Positions 36,983-48,856 of a stretch of 64,000 nucleotides of DNA are shown here, one piece after another. The DNA comes from Phoronis australis (lineage: Eukaryota; Animalia; Phoronida): NCBI GenBank assembly GCA_002633005.1, contig NMRA01000242.1, positions 546,930-610,929 of the forward strand, in the 5' to 3' direction. The position numbers and the translations under genes were made by a program. The notes under the pieces are model-generated. The model saw nothing but the letters and a program-made list of their open reading frames with translations. It made no database searches and was not told the origin of the DNA. How positions within the stretch are numbered: the first letter of the stretch is position 1; the number at the start of each line of letters is the position of its first letter.

Positions 36983-37869
36983 GGAAGTGCTGATGGAAGA
37001 GAACGGAGTAACAAAGCTTGTCTATGATACAGCTTGAAGTGGCCTTAATATTTCACTGAACCTGGAACAATTATTGAAATATGAATAATAAGTACTCCAG
37101 ATTGGATCAAAAATGTTATCCGTTTTTCAAAAATATATGGTGACTGCTCTACAGTTTCACATAAAATTAAATAATTACTATTTTCAGAAACCAAGGGTGT
37201 ATATAATAAGTATTGCATAAAACTCTGTCTTTATTTTTTTATTCCTAGCCATAACAATTCTTTAAACGCATCACTTGTCTGCAAAATATACATTTTTTTT
37301 GAGAAAACTTCAAACCTTTGTTACCCATTTTCAAGCCTTTTTAATTTTGATACTTTTTTCAGCAATTTTTAACTCAGATTACAGGTTCATGGGTCTGTCA
37401 AGCATACTTCTAGTCTAAGGTTGAGGGAACCGTTTCTCAGACTTTTAATTTTTCTTCTAATAGAAGATATGAAGACTTAGGTCATTTAAAAATGATGTAT
37501 AATCTTTCCGTTGTTTAAGAGTAATTACAAATTGTAAGGCACCATCAAAAATGCAATTTTCACAAAAATGGCAGTCATTTGAATTTATAACGACTTGCAA
37601 CATTTCAAGGCATGAGTTAAGACTATTCAGTCACTGTGAATTCAGAAAATGTAATATATTTTCATGGGTTTACAATTGATACAAGTAGCAAAACAGTTTC
37701 ACGAAATCAACTTGAAGGGACTTCATGAAGGTTAAGAATTACCTCACCAAGCTCTTTTCCCCAAACATGTATTACCTGTTATTTCCACACATTCAGCTGT
37801 ACCAAATATTACAACCCTAACCCCCCATGCCAATCCCCCGCTAAGGACCTGAATAAGTAAATTAAGAAA

Positions 37870-38618
37870 ATGACTTACATACCTTTCTTTAAAAATAGAT
37901 GTTCCTTTTCAAAGGCTTTGTTCGTTGTCTCCAATATTGAAAGTAGGCTTTGACAACAGATCTGCACTGGATGGGAAGATCTTGTTGGTTAACTTCATGC
38001 AGTCAAATGCTAAAAACCAATTTTTTACCATTCAGGGACGGTGCAGAAGCGATGCATATCTCCTCTGCACGGTACAAGCCCTCAAACCTAAAAACCAAAG
38101 GTTACGTGAAAACTAACGTGATAGATTTCCATTTCAACGTGTAATAGATTTCCAGAAGACATATGATAGGGAGTAAACAAACAGTCTAATGCAATGGATA
38201 TTTGTCACTCATGTACCCTTTGCCATTGGGCTTGGGTTGTAATCTTAACTCATTAACCTGTATCGAGTTGACAGCATAAACATTCAGCATTGATTGATGT
38301 AACTGTTACTGATAAACTGTTAGAAATCATTCCAAACAATAATAATGCTTTGATGTACGAAAAGATCCCGATTGCTACGTCAAATATCGTATCACATATC
38401 ACAACCAACAAAGATTAACCAGACTGGCGATTGACTGCCGCGAAGTCGACATCAGCGAGTACCTCAGTTAACAGGCATCGGCAGAATAATCATGGAATAA
38501 TCGTTAAAATAAGCACAAATCTTACCTTTGTATGAGGTCGTGCTTACTTCCTCTCATAGAAGCACCCTTTTCACGCAATCTCATATTCAGTTGGCACGGC
38601 TGCAAGCCATTTCACCAT
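37870..38618 (-). pseudogene. Intron-containing SAP-domain gene relic, likely a transposon accessory protein
   Basis: Minus strand LREKGASMRGSKHDLIQR followed by a GTAAG donor (38525) is a SAP-like motif. Further decayed exon-like pieces lie downstream. Confidence 0.4.
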
Positions 38619-39440
38619 GTATTTAAAGGGCTCGCGAAATTGAGGCTGATAATCTATCACCACTAGTACACGCGCGCCCTGTAGATTTTCCGAATAGCCC
38701 CATTAAGTGTCAGAATATGTTTCATTGGTTTTTATGCACATTCACGATATTGTTAAAACGTCTGAAAACGGATCATATGACTTTAATTTTTCAAGTTTCA
38801 AAGTAGCAGATAAAGATAAGATAAAGGCAAGGTAAGGACACTTTTATTATTTGTCAAACTGCAGAATGGAACTGTAATTAAAACGAATTCAACTATAGAT
38901 AGAAAATCGAACGTCGGCTAGTCCCTATTGGCTCAGTCGGATGGCGGAGAGTGAAAATATGATAGTGATGAAATTGCAGTAAAGTGATATTTGTATCCAA
39001 ATTATCGTGGGAATTTATTTAGCTATTTTATTTTGATTTGTTATACATATTTTTGTCTGTATCTAAATCGGTAAACGAGTAATGTTATCTTCCCAATGAC
39101 GAGTTCGCTAATCGAATGAACTAGATTTCATTTGTGACTTGCGTCGATCAAAAAATTTATCGGATCACTCTTGCTTAATATTGATGGTTACTTTGAAGTA
39201 TGATATCAATATATATATGTTAGGGTAATTTCGGTTATTTTTAGAGTTTATTCCGTAAGTAAACGTATATTTTCGGTTTGTTTCCTGTTAATTGGCTGTT
39301 TACCGAGATTAGTGGGAATTCCGAGACACACATCCAGTGCAGAGAAAGTAGTCCGTTGCACGAGACTTTATATGTCAATAGACAAGTTATTTCACGTCTT
39401 GCACGTGCGTTTGTTGTACATCGTTTATTAACATGTATAT

Positions 39441-40565
39441 ATAGATTATCTCACATACACGGGAATACTACTGCCATATCCTATCTCGAATACATTTCGT
39501 CTGGGAATGTCCCAACGAGACCGAAGTTCGAGTTGGGACATTCCCAGATGAAATGAATTCGAGATAGGATATCGCAGAAGTATTTCTATGTATGTGAGAT
39601 AACCTATTTATATCATATATAATATATTGGACTTATTTGCATCACTGCCGCAAAATCATGTTGCCACGTGCTCCGGCTTGTTGTTATATGACGTTATGGG
39701 TATGCCAAGTACGGTACCCAAGCCGGTTAAGAGACAAGACTGTGAAAGGGTTGAATATCAAGTTAAGATTTATTTCTTTATAAATTGATTAGATTTTTCA
39801 GTTTGTGAAATTTACATGTTAAAGCACTGAACCATTCAAAAATATCAAAAATTTGTCGGAAACTTAGAAGCAATCAGTCCGGAATTATAAAAGTTGAAAC
39901 AATCCCTGAACAGTTGTGCAGCAGTGTGTCGTTTTAGCTTCGACGAATTTCTTACTTTCTTGGTCTATTTTCGTGTCTTAGCTTCTGGACTGTAAATGAT
40001 AATAGAAACATTGCCGTGTTGATCACAACATTGGGAAATAACGGTGGAAACTGTGCCGACTTGTAGAACTTGATGCCAGGACTGTATCGCAAAAAACCCA
40101 GATTTTAGGCTACGACCGGCAGTGACGGAGAGTTGAACACTACGCGCAGACGATATTAGGTGGCAGTTTCCTGTAAAAACTTCAGCTCTAAGTGTACATA
40201 TACTGTAGGCATCCATAACGAAACGTTTTCGTCGGATTTGACTTAGTTTTTTTGGCTGATTCTGTTGGCCGGGGACGCTATTTAGCTTGGCTATTGATGA
40301 TGAAGCTGACTGAAACTTCAGCGGGGCCCAAAAATATCCGCCCGATTCAGTACCATGCGTCGGAATTTTCATCGGTAAATCTTGTCTGGTTTTAGAGAAG
40401 TAAAACTGCTTTTTCTGGAACGACGCCTTGTATTAATGATGTAGGTAACCCAAATGAACTAGCTCAATCAAGTTTGGCGTTGCACTTGGGAATTTACTCC
40501 AGGAGACTGCTCACCAACCGTGAAATACGGCTTCTACAGTTGTATACGGCTTCTAAAGTTGTATA
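39441..40565. mobile_element. Palindrome-terminated element family P2, copy 1 (runs into the assembly gap)
   Basis: About 165-bp imperfect palindrome at 39441-39606; body colinear with 44224-46345. Confidence 0.7.
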
Positions 40566-40636
40566 NNNNNNNNNNNNNNNNNNNNNNNNNNNNNNNNNNN
40601 NNNNNNNNNNNNNNNNNNNNNNNNNNNNNNNNNNNN
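40566..40636. other. Assembly gap (N run)
   Basis: N characters; true size unknown. Confidence 1.
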
Positions 40637-41055
40637 CTGGCTGCCGCAAAAAAATAAAACAGTAAGAGCTTTGGGAAATGTTGAGTTTATTAATAAACCC
40701 CGGTAATTAAAATTATACGGATGAAAAAAGATTTAAATGTGTGCAGTTTTGGTGTTGTCCAATTTCGGAAAACGGCGCATTCGTAACGGAACTATGGCTA
40801 AGTATATAGGCTCTCCCGCGATATCCCAGGCGACCGGCAGTGGCGCTGCGCACTACGACTCCGTTTCCGTCGTCTGCTCAAGGAAAATGCTTGATTTTAG
40901 AGGTAAAAACAGAAAAATTTCCTGGGCGGGAGGGGGGCTCCCGATCTCCCCCCATTCGGTGCTATGCTCATCTACAATCATGGTTCGGTTTGCGCAAATA
41001 CTTACAGCCGGACGAAATGTTGGGCACCCCTTGTGATATCCTAGATCCGCCACTG
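40637..41055 (-). mobile_element. hAT-like MITE, inverted copy of 44430-45401 (left end lost in the gap)
   Basis: Ends CTAGATCCGCCACTG; reverse-complement match to 44430-44578 and 45090-45367. Confidence 0.8.
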
Positions 41056-41725
41056 ATAAAATATGTAGAATAAAATATTCTCTCATGGGTATGATGAACA
41101 ACAAAAAGCGTCACCTGAGATGTGGCTATCCGCTCTTGGGATTCGTCGCCAATGTTGTTAGTGGATCTTCTGTTCAAACCGTACGTCCAACATTTAGGGG
41201 AAGTTTCATCATCTTAGCAGTGGGCGTAGATGCGATGTAGTAGTGCAAATAGGACAGGTTCAAAAGGGCCATGGAGGATTTAGTATAAAGAAAATACTAA
41301 ATGTGGGTGATCTAAGAAATAAACACAAGCTTCAAAATAGATATTTTTGGGCGTGAAAACATTGTTTCAACACATTGAAAGTGGTTATATCAAATAACTC
41401 GGGTAAAACGCAATAATTTTTGAAAATATTTTACTACTGATTTTAAATGTCTTAGTCCTACCCATGGGCCGAAATTGGTGGAAATTGGCTGACGCCCACG
41501 TTGCTGATTAGTGCTTTTAACAATTTAAAAAAATTGTTATCTGTATTGCAGAAAATAGATTCGTAGCACCAGCAAAGCATCATTTTGAAATAATTTTGTA
41601 TTGGTGACCCGAAGTCACTAATCAATGAGCGCATTCCTATATAACCGATGTATTAGTTTGTACTGTTGAGACTAAGATACTCCTACATAAACATATTCTT
41701 GTCTAAGCAATTAATTTGTTTGCAG

Positions 41726-42058
41726 TCGGTCCCACCACAGTTTCAGTGTCGAGCGTTGATGCAAGGTGGGGCGTGTTAAGAAACAACACACTGTTTGTTA
41801 AAAGTGGACTCACATATGTCCTTACGTGTGAAACGGACGCCGTACTCCAAACCGCGACTGTCGTTTGGTCTCATGGAGTCATAGCAGGAACGCAGTCTAA
41901 CATGACCAGCGTCAAAGAAGCCTTTGGTAAACGATTCAGTAAAAACTTGACGTTTACCGCGACGGAAGAGTACCACATGCTTCAGTTGACATGTAATGCC
42001 ACTAATGACCTAGATCAATTGGTGAACGCGAGTACAGAGTACTGTTTGGTGCTCGTTT
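41726..42058 (+). CDS. Ig-superfamily gene, Ig exon 3
   Basis: CAG|TC GGT CCC; YVLTCETD..VVW..LQLTCNATN; T|GTAAGT. 333 bp, phase 1-1. Confidence 0.9.
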
Positions 42059-42805
42059 GTAAGTCTCTTTTCTGATTTCTCGAACTAGCATTTCTTTCCT
42101 AAATGTCTCAAGCGATGAAGATGTATCACAGAACGCAAACTGCTAAGTGGTTAAGTTGCCGGACTCAGATTTGGCAAATGAAGCGTGAGTTCTTATTCAG
42201 CCCAGTTATAAATACAGTGGCCGATTAACATCATGTTCAAAATTGAGCTACAGTTGGGCCCCTTGTTACAGTTCCGGCGGACAGGCCAAGTGGGCGTTTG
42301 GTCAATGTATGATTGGTCGCGGTCATCCTATTCAACTCTGATAAATGTGTCCCTTTTCTTTTCTTAATTCTAAGACATGGCACATCCGTTAAAACTGGCG
42401 AGCTACACTTGATGTAAACATTATTCAATGATATCCAATTTTGAACAAGCTGAAAAGTGCTGCAAGGATGGACTGCACGATCGTTGCATGATATATTTCC
42501 CAAATTCTAACCGATTGTTTCTCTGACGAGCATCTCCCGGAAGTTGAAGTCTCTTTGGGCTCAATACTATAAGACCACCCCTCCGAACAGTTGGGGTACC
42601 ATCGAAAATCTAAACATAGTTTCATACCGTGAATTCCTAATAGCATGTACATGCAATCAGACAATAAAACATACTGCATTATGATCAGATTTGTGGCACA
42701 TTAACCTCGGTGAAAGTCAATATGGGGATTTGTAAATAATGACTCAAACTTTGGCGTGTGTACAAATCTTTCCGAAGTACGCACACTTTTGCGTTTTTTA
42801 ACTAG

Positions 42806-43144
42806 TTGGACCGACTGCAATCACAATTGTCGCTGAAAGCATACTGTCCGCAATATTTGACCACTCTGCCGAAGTACTAAGTGTTCAAGAAGGACAAACG
42901 TACGTGCTGGTTTGCCGAACGAACATGACGTCGCCAAGCGCAAGAGTGACATGGTCGTTTGAGGGGCTGGATGGAAAAGAGTCAGTTACAGTGAATACGT
43001 CCTCTGGTGTCGGTTATGTATACACTAGAAATTTCACTTTTACTGCAAAAGCATTTCACAATGGACGCTCAGTAATTTGCAGTGCTTTCAACGACATGGA
43101 CCAAAGCTTGAATATTACACGGAAGTACAACGTCTACGTCGTTT
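42806..43144 (+). CDS. Ig-superfamily gene, Ig exon 4
   Basis: TAG|TT GGA CCG; YVLVCRTNMTSPSARVTW..HNGRSVICSAFN; T|GTAAGT. 339 bp. Confidence 0.9.
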
Positions 43145-43345
43145 GTAAGTACCAGGAGATGAAATCTTGAATATGAGATTATTCAAATAGTTGGATATTT
43201 TGGGAAGTGATATATAATCAAAAAGATCATGAAAGTAAGAGGGGAGAGGGGTTTGGTTGATAACAATCTTTTCAATTGCGAAGGTGCATTCCTTTTGGAA
43301 TAAATGCAGTGGTTGCGATTGCTTAAAGTTTTTTTTTTACTCCAG

Positions 43346-43681
43346 TTGGTCCAACTAAAATAAACATTACGGACAAAAGTAGTGCGCCCGGTATCTCGTC
43401 AGACCGTGGTTACAAGATAAGGAATCATCTCCGGTACACATTCAATTGTGAAACGGATTCGGCGAATCCAGGCGTTACCCTTAACTGGAATTTTTCAAGA
43501 ATAGTCGGTAATCAGTCTGCATCAAGAAACAAGACAGGCGCTTATGAAGGCAGACGGTTTAACAGCAAATTTGCCTTCATCGCACAGCCTTCTTACAATA
43601 ACCTTAAGATCGTCTGCACCGCAGTAAACAAGATTGCTCCTGAGAGAATAATCGCCGCGTCGCTTAACCTTACTGTTATAT
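43346..43681 (+). CDS. Ig-superfamily gene, Ig exon 5 (missing from the ORF track, no start codon)
   Basis: CAG|TT GGT CCA; hand translation GPTKINITDK..YTFNCETDSANPGVTLNW..YNNLKIVCTAVN..LNLTVI; T|GTAAGT. 336 bp, no stops. Confidence 0.9.
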
Positions 43682-43793
43682 GTAAGTATTGAAATTGCAT
43701 TCGTTTACCGACCTTACTGTTAATGCTATCTGAACAACATTGTATTCCCACAGTCACACCACCAATGTATTTCATTTACACCTACTTTTATAG

Positions 43794-44123
43794 TTGGACC
43801 AACAAATCTGACTATCCGAAACGTTAAGTCAAAGTCTGGTGACACTACAGCTATTAGCCCATTTAAGGCATTGGAGTCCAACGAATACACCTTGATATGT
43901 GAAACAAGTGAAACGAACCTAGCACCAACCATAACCTGGTCGTCAGCGATTGGAAAGGGGAAGCAGTCCGCAGCAGTGACAAATCTCGGTGACGAAAACA
44001 GATACGGGATGAATTACACATTCACAGCTGATCCCTTACTTGACAACACGTCCTTGACTTGCAATGCAACAAATCCCGACAGTCTAAAATCTGTAGAAGC
44101 TGCTGTACTCTTAGATGTTCATT
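43794..44123 (+). CDS. Ig-superfamily gene, Ig exon 6
   Basis: TAG|TT GGA CCA; YTLICETSETNLAPTITW..DNTSLTCNATN..LLDVH; T|GTAAGT. 330 bp. Confidence 0.9.
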
Positions 44124-44223
44124 GTAAGTTATATTTGATGAAATAACACGATAATACTTTAATAAATTAATCCTGCCTAACATATTGGATACCGAGGGTT
44201 GAACTCGTGAATATGGATGACAT

Positions 44224-46345
44224 ATAGGTTATCCCACATACATAGGAATAATGCTACCATATATTACCGAGAATTCGGTCTCGTTGGGACATTCAGGCGA
44301 AACGAATTCGAGATAGGATATCGCTGTAGTATTCCTACGTATGTGGGATAACCTATTCATCCCAAGTATATTTGTATCATCGTGGTATTACCTTGTTGCC
44401 GTGTGCTGCAGCATGTCGTTATGTGATGTCAGTGGCGGATCTAGGATATCACAAGCGGGGGCCAACATTTTGTCTGGCTGTAAGAATTTGCGTGAACTGA
44501 ACCACGATTGTAGACGCGCATAGCACCGCCCAGGAAATTTTTCTGTTTTTGCCTCTAAAAATCAAGCATTTTCCTTGATTCCTGAAGTATTAATCACGAA
44601 AAAAGGCAAAAAAACGGAGAACGTGTCAAACAGGAAAAACTGCAAGTACCGAAGACTCGAACTCACGACCTGGCAATTAGTGCGCGCGTGCGTTGCCACT
44701 ATACACGTACCACCACGATTTAACTACTAATCTCATACTAAGAGACCTACTTGTTTATGGTCCACAGCGTTTGCGCGCGAAACCTACTTTTTTGTAATGC
44801 TTATTACACTTTTATATTTTGTGCCATCGATTCTCAACAAATTTGTCGTATTTAAAATAGTCTTCAAATGCCAAAAAGACCAAATCCGTTTTTCGTGTTG
44901 GCAATAATGACGGGATTGCTTTGGAAATCGTCTTAAGATAAGGTTTGGCAAAGAGTGTATTGCGAGTTTCTGAGTGATTCACTAAGGCTTCGATTAAAAT
45001 TCACATCTTACCAGCAGCTTCTGTTTTGTCATCGTCACTCAGGTTCCATTTTCTTTAAAAAATGAAGTAAATTTTCTTCATTGCACAGTGGAGCAGACGA
45101 CGAAAACGGAGTCGTAGTGCGCAGCGCCACTGCCGGTCGCCTGGGATATCGCGGGAGAGCCTATACTTAGCCATGATAGTTCCGTTAAGAATGCACCGTG
45201 TTCCGAATTTGACACTTGAAATTGGATTTGAGCCCCCCCTCCTCCCCAACACTAAAACTGCACACATTTAAATCTTTTTTCATCCGTATAATTTTAATTA
45301 CCGAGGTTAATTAATAAACTCAACATTTCCCTGCGCTCTTATTGTTTTATTTTTTTTGGGGCAGCCAAGGGGGGGGCCCGGGCCCCCTAAATCCGCCTAT
45401 GGATGTCATACGTATGCCATGTACGGTACCCAAGTTGGTTAAGCGACAAGACAGTCTGTGAAATTGTAAAATGACTAGTAAAGTTTTATTTCATAATAAA
45501 TTGATACTAATTTTCAGTTTGTGAAATATAAGTTAAAGCACAGAACCATTCAATAATATCAAAACTTTGTCGGAACTTTAGAAACAATTCATCCCGGAAT
45601 ATAAAAATTTAAACATTTCATGAACCGAGTTGTGTTGGTCTACTTTTGTGTCTTAGCTTCTGGACAGTAAGTAGTAATAGAAAGATTTCCCAGTGTTGAT
45701 CACAGAACTGGAAAATAAAGGTGGGAACTGTACTGATTTGCAGATCATGAGAAAAAGACTTTCCCAAAAAGCAGGTTTTACGATACGGCTGCCAGCGACC
45801 GTCAGCACGCTGAACCCTACGAGCAGACGATTGGCTCATTAAAATCGTATACTTGTTATTAAAGCTGAATTTCCTGTAAAGACATTAGATCTCAGTGTAG
45901 ATATACTGTATGCATCCAAAACGAAACGTTTTCGTTGGATTTGAGTTAAATTTTTGGCTGATTTTGCTGGCCGGGGACGCTACTTAGCTTGACCTACTTA
46001 TGATTACCCAGACTGAAAGTCCAGTGAGGCCCAAAAATAGCAGCCGTGCTTTGGAAATTTCATCGGTATTTTTCTGCTTTGAGAGCAGTAAAACTGCTTT
46101 TTCAGGAACGAAGCCTTGGATTGATGATTTGGAAAACCCAAATGAACGAGCTCAATCAAATTTGGCTTCGCATACGCGAATTTACTCGATAAGGAGACTG
46201 CTCACCAGCCGTGAAATAACGGCTTCTGCCGTTGAATACGGCCTCTACCGCGGTATGAGGATTGGTTCTTCTTTCCCGTATTCCATTGTTGAAAACGTGA
46301 CGTATACAACATCCGTATGTTCACATACATAGGACAAATTTGATT
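44224..46345. mobile_element. Palindrome-terminated element family P2, copy 2 (interrupted by a hAT-like MITE)
   Basis: Palindrome at 44224-44356; body matches 39610-40565. CACATACATAGGA from the palindrome arm recurs at the far end (about 46322). Confidence 0.7.
44430..45401 (+). mobile_element. hAT-like MITE with 5-bp TSD GATGT, carrying a nested insertion at about 44579-45090
   Basis: GATGT-CAGTGGCGGATCTAGG ... CCTAAATCCGCCTATG-GATGT. The empty site is visible in P2 copy 1 at about 39690. Confidence 0.8.
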
Positions 46346-47306
46346 TATTCATTTACAAACACGGGAAACTCATTACATATTACATAGGCTAGTGCAACGA
46401 TGGCATGAAGTTTAGAAATAACTATTCATTATTTTGGTATTACTTTCGTTGTTATCAATATTTTTGTTACAGTGGATATAGTTATAATTATCTTAAAACC
46501 TTTACCGTGCCACGTGACTAAAATATGTCTGTGACGCTGTATAAAACAAAACAAGATATCAAAAAAGTACAAACAACAAATAATAAGTTCTATACATGCT
46601 AACTAAATACCTGCAAATAAAGAACGATGTAACTGGTGGCAAATAACATACATAAGTACAGTTTGGCAGCGACCCTCCTCCTTTATCGTACAAATGTCAT
46701 TGAACAGGCGATTGACTTCGATTTTCCAATTTAATCAACAGTCTTCAGCCGCGAAGTGCTGTCTACTAGTACTTAGTGAGATATATATTGTCAGCGGAAG
46801 TCCACTAGTATAACATTATCGGCGAGAAAAGTGAATTTCTGAATCCAGCCTCAAGGCAGATTTAAACCTGCCGTCGCCGTAATCGCAGTCTAACGCTCTG
46901 CATATTCTATGTGTACTTTTACTGGGAAAGTCATCAACTCTGATTTCAGGTTGTGTGACTGACGACGGAGAGAATTGACTAACTATAATAAAACCACTAA
47001 ATCACAAAATATTCTGGTGTTGTGTTACTCTGATCAAACCTAATGACTTCAAAAAGTATATATCATCTAAAACTAATGCCAAGAATGCGTTTTGCAGTCG
47101 CAAAATGATAATGTTTCCATAAAACGGAGATCAAAATACGAAAACCAATCAGTTCAAAACTGAATAATTTAAATGTCTGTGTGATCGATACATATTCGAT
47201 CAAAACGTAAAATATTGTTAAAATACATTTTGTACTCATGACAACCAGTTCCTTTGAATAACGTTTTTTTCTTTGACGATGGGGAGATTGGAATGTTCTG
47301 GACGTG

Positions 47307-47554
47307 GGGTCCGTTCCAAGAAACTGACGTAAATTCATTTTTGACTTAAGTCTAAGATTTGTCATAACTTCCATACTTTGAAACTTCCATATACGGCAAG
47401 ATAGATAAATTTAAGACAAAGCTTTTACCAAAAACTTAATTCAAACTTAAGATTTCTTTCTTGAAACGGTATCGAGACAAATTTAAGTCTGATCTTAAAA
47501 TTTACTAAAATTTAAGATTTGTCTTAGCTAAGTCAGTTTTGTTGGAACGGGCCC
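47307..47554. mobile_element. PIF/Harbinger-type MITE
   Basis: TIRs GGGTCCGTTCCAAGAAACTGAC / GTCAGTTTTGTTGGAACGGGCCC with a 3-bp TSD GTG. Confidence 0.75.
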
Positions 47555-47693
47555 GTGGTTATTATTTATTTTAAACAGCAAATAAATTTCGTGGTTACTT
47601 CCAAAAGGAAAGGAACCAGAGTATGCAAAAGCTTTTTCAATAGACTTTGCAAATGATATGCAATGTACTGCATAAAAAGCATGTCTGTTATAG

Positions 47694-47993
47694 ACGGGCC
47701 TCGGCTAGTACGAATAACTTCAGGAGGAGCTGAGGTAGGTACGGCATTTACTGTTAGCGACAACACCACATTTACGTTAACGTGCATTGCCGAAGACGTG
47801 AAGCCTGGTGTTCGTATGGTATGGTCTAAGGGAAGTCCCAGTGACGTGAGAAATAACGGTTTGAAATATTACAAGGACACCACGTTGACTGCCACCCCAT
47901 CACTGAACCGGGAAACGGTGCAGTGCTCTGCAGCCAGAATTCCCATTGACGCCAACCTTTGGAAAAATACCTCCGTTTCGCTCAACGTGAACT
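47694..47993 (+). CDS. Ig-superfamily gene, Ig exon 7
   Basis: TAG|AC GGG CCT; FTLTCIAEDVKPGVRMVW..LNRETVQCSA..SLNVN; T|GTAAGT. 300 bp. Confidence 0.88.
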
Positions 47994-48008
47994 GTAAGTT
48001 AAGATATT

Positions 48009-48856
48009 TTATACCACAATATTAGCGTCAAATGGCAGACCCAACCGTGTAATAACCCATAAATTTATCTCACTAGTGAGATAACCATTTGGCGGGAAAC
48101 CGAGTACGGGGTCGAACCCGGGACCCTAATATCGCTGGTCGCCGACTTTACGTCATCAAGAGTGAAAATAGAATACTTAAATGAGCACGCGCAATAATCG
48201 CACGTTCAACAAACCGCATTGTACTGTACTTATACGCTACGAAAAATAAGACACACAATTTCCATAAAAATGATATCTTAATTCGGTGAAATTTTTCTCT
48301 CATGTCCTCTTACTTGTAAATCACCGATCTCTACTTTGAATGCGGGTATCGTGTCGTCAGGATCTTTGACTTGAGAATTATATTCAGTTACCAGTGGTAA
48401 CCTACTTTAGCAGACGATAATTTCCGGGTCGAAGCTTATCGTGAAAAAAACGTGTTTTAAGCTATAATAGTTGGCAAACCTTAATTTATAAATTCAATTT
48501 ATTTCTATAATATTTAAGTTTTCAATTGGTGTTGAGTAAAAGCATTATTTGACAAAAATAGCCGGGCTTCTCTTAAAAGGTCACGACCTCCGACCCCGGG
48601 CCTCTGACATAGAAAGTAGTTACAAAGCCGCGGAGAGTCAGAAAAGGTAAATCGATTCATTGCAATGTTTCTAGTTTAGTATGTGGTATAAATGGATTAT
48701 TACATGTTCTCAGCCGTTATCCCCCTTATCTAGAGCCCTCGTGGATTTTGGAGAATTATCACCCTCGGGGCTAACGCCCCTCGGGCGATAATTCACCAAA
48801 ATCCACTCGGGATCTAGATAACGGGGGATAACGACTTCGCCATGTAATAATCTATA
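48009..48856. mobile_element. Palindrome-terminated element family P1, near-complete copy (possibly a non-autonomous Crypton-like element)
   Basis: TTATACCACA at the start and TGTGGTATAA at about 48682-48691, then an about 165-bp palindrome (GATTATTACATG...CATGTAATAATC). No TSD seen. Other copies at 15475, 62882 and 63532, and a half palindrome at 58885. Confidence 0.65.

Noticed and set aside
42059-42075. Conserved C-terminal Cys-Lys ending on the Ig ORFs (secreted single-domain proteins)
   Set aside because: Produced by reading through the T|GTAAG donor into the intron; not evidence of separate genes.
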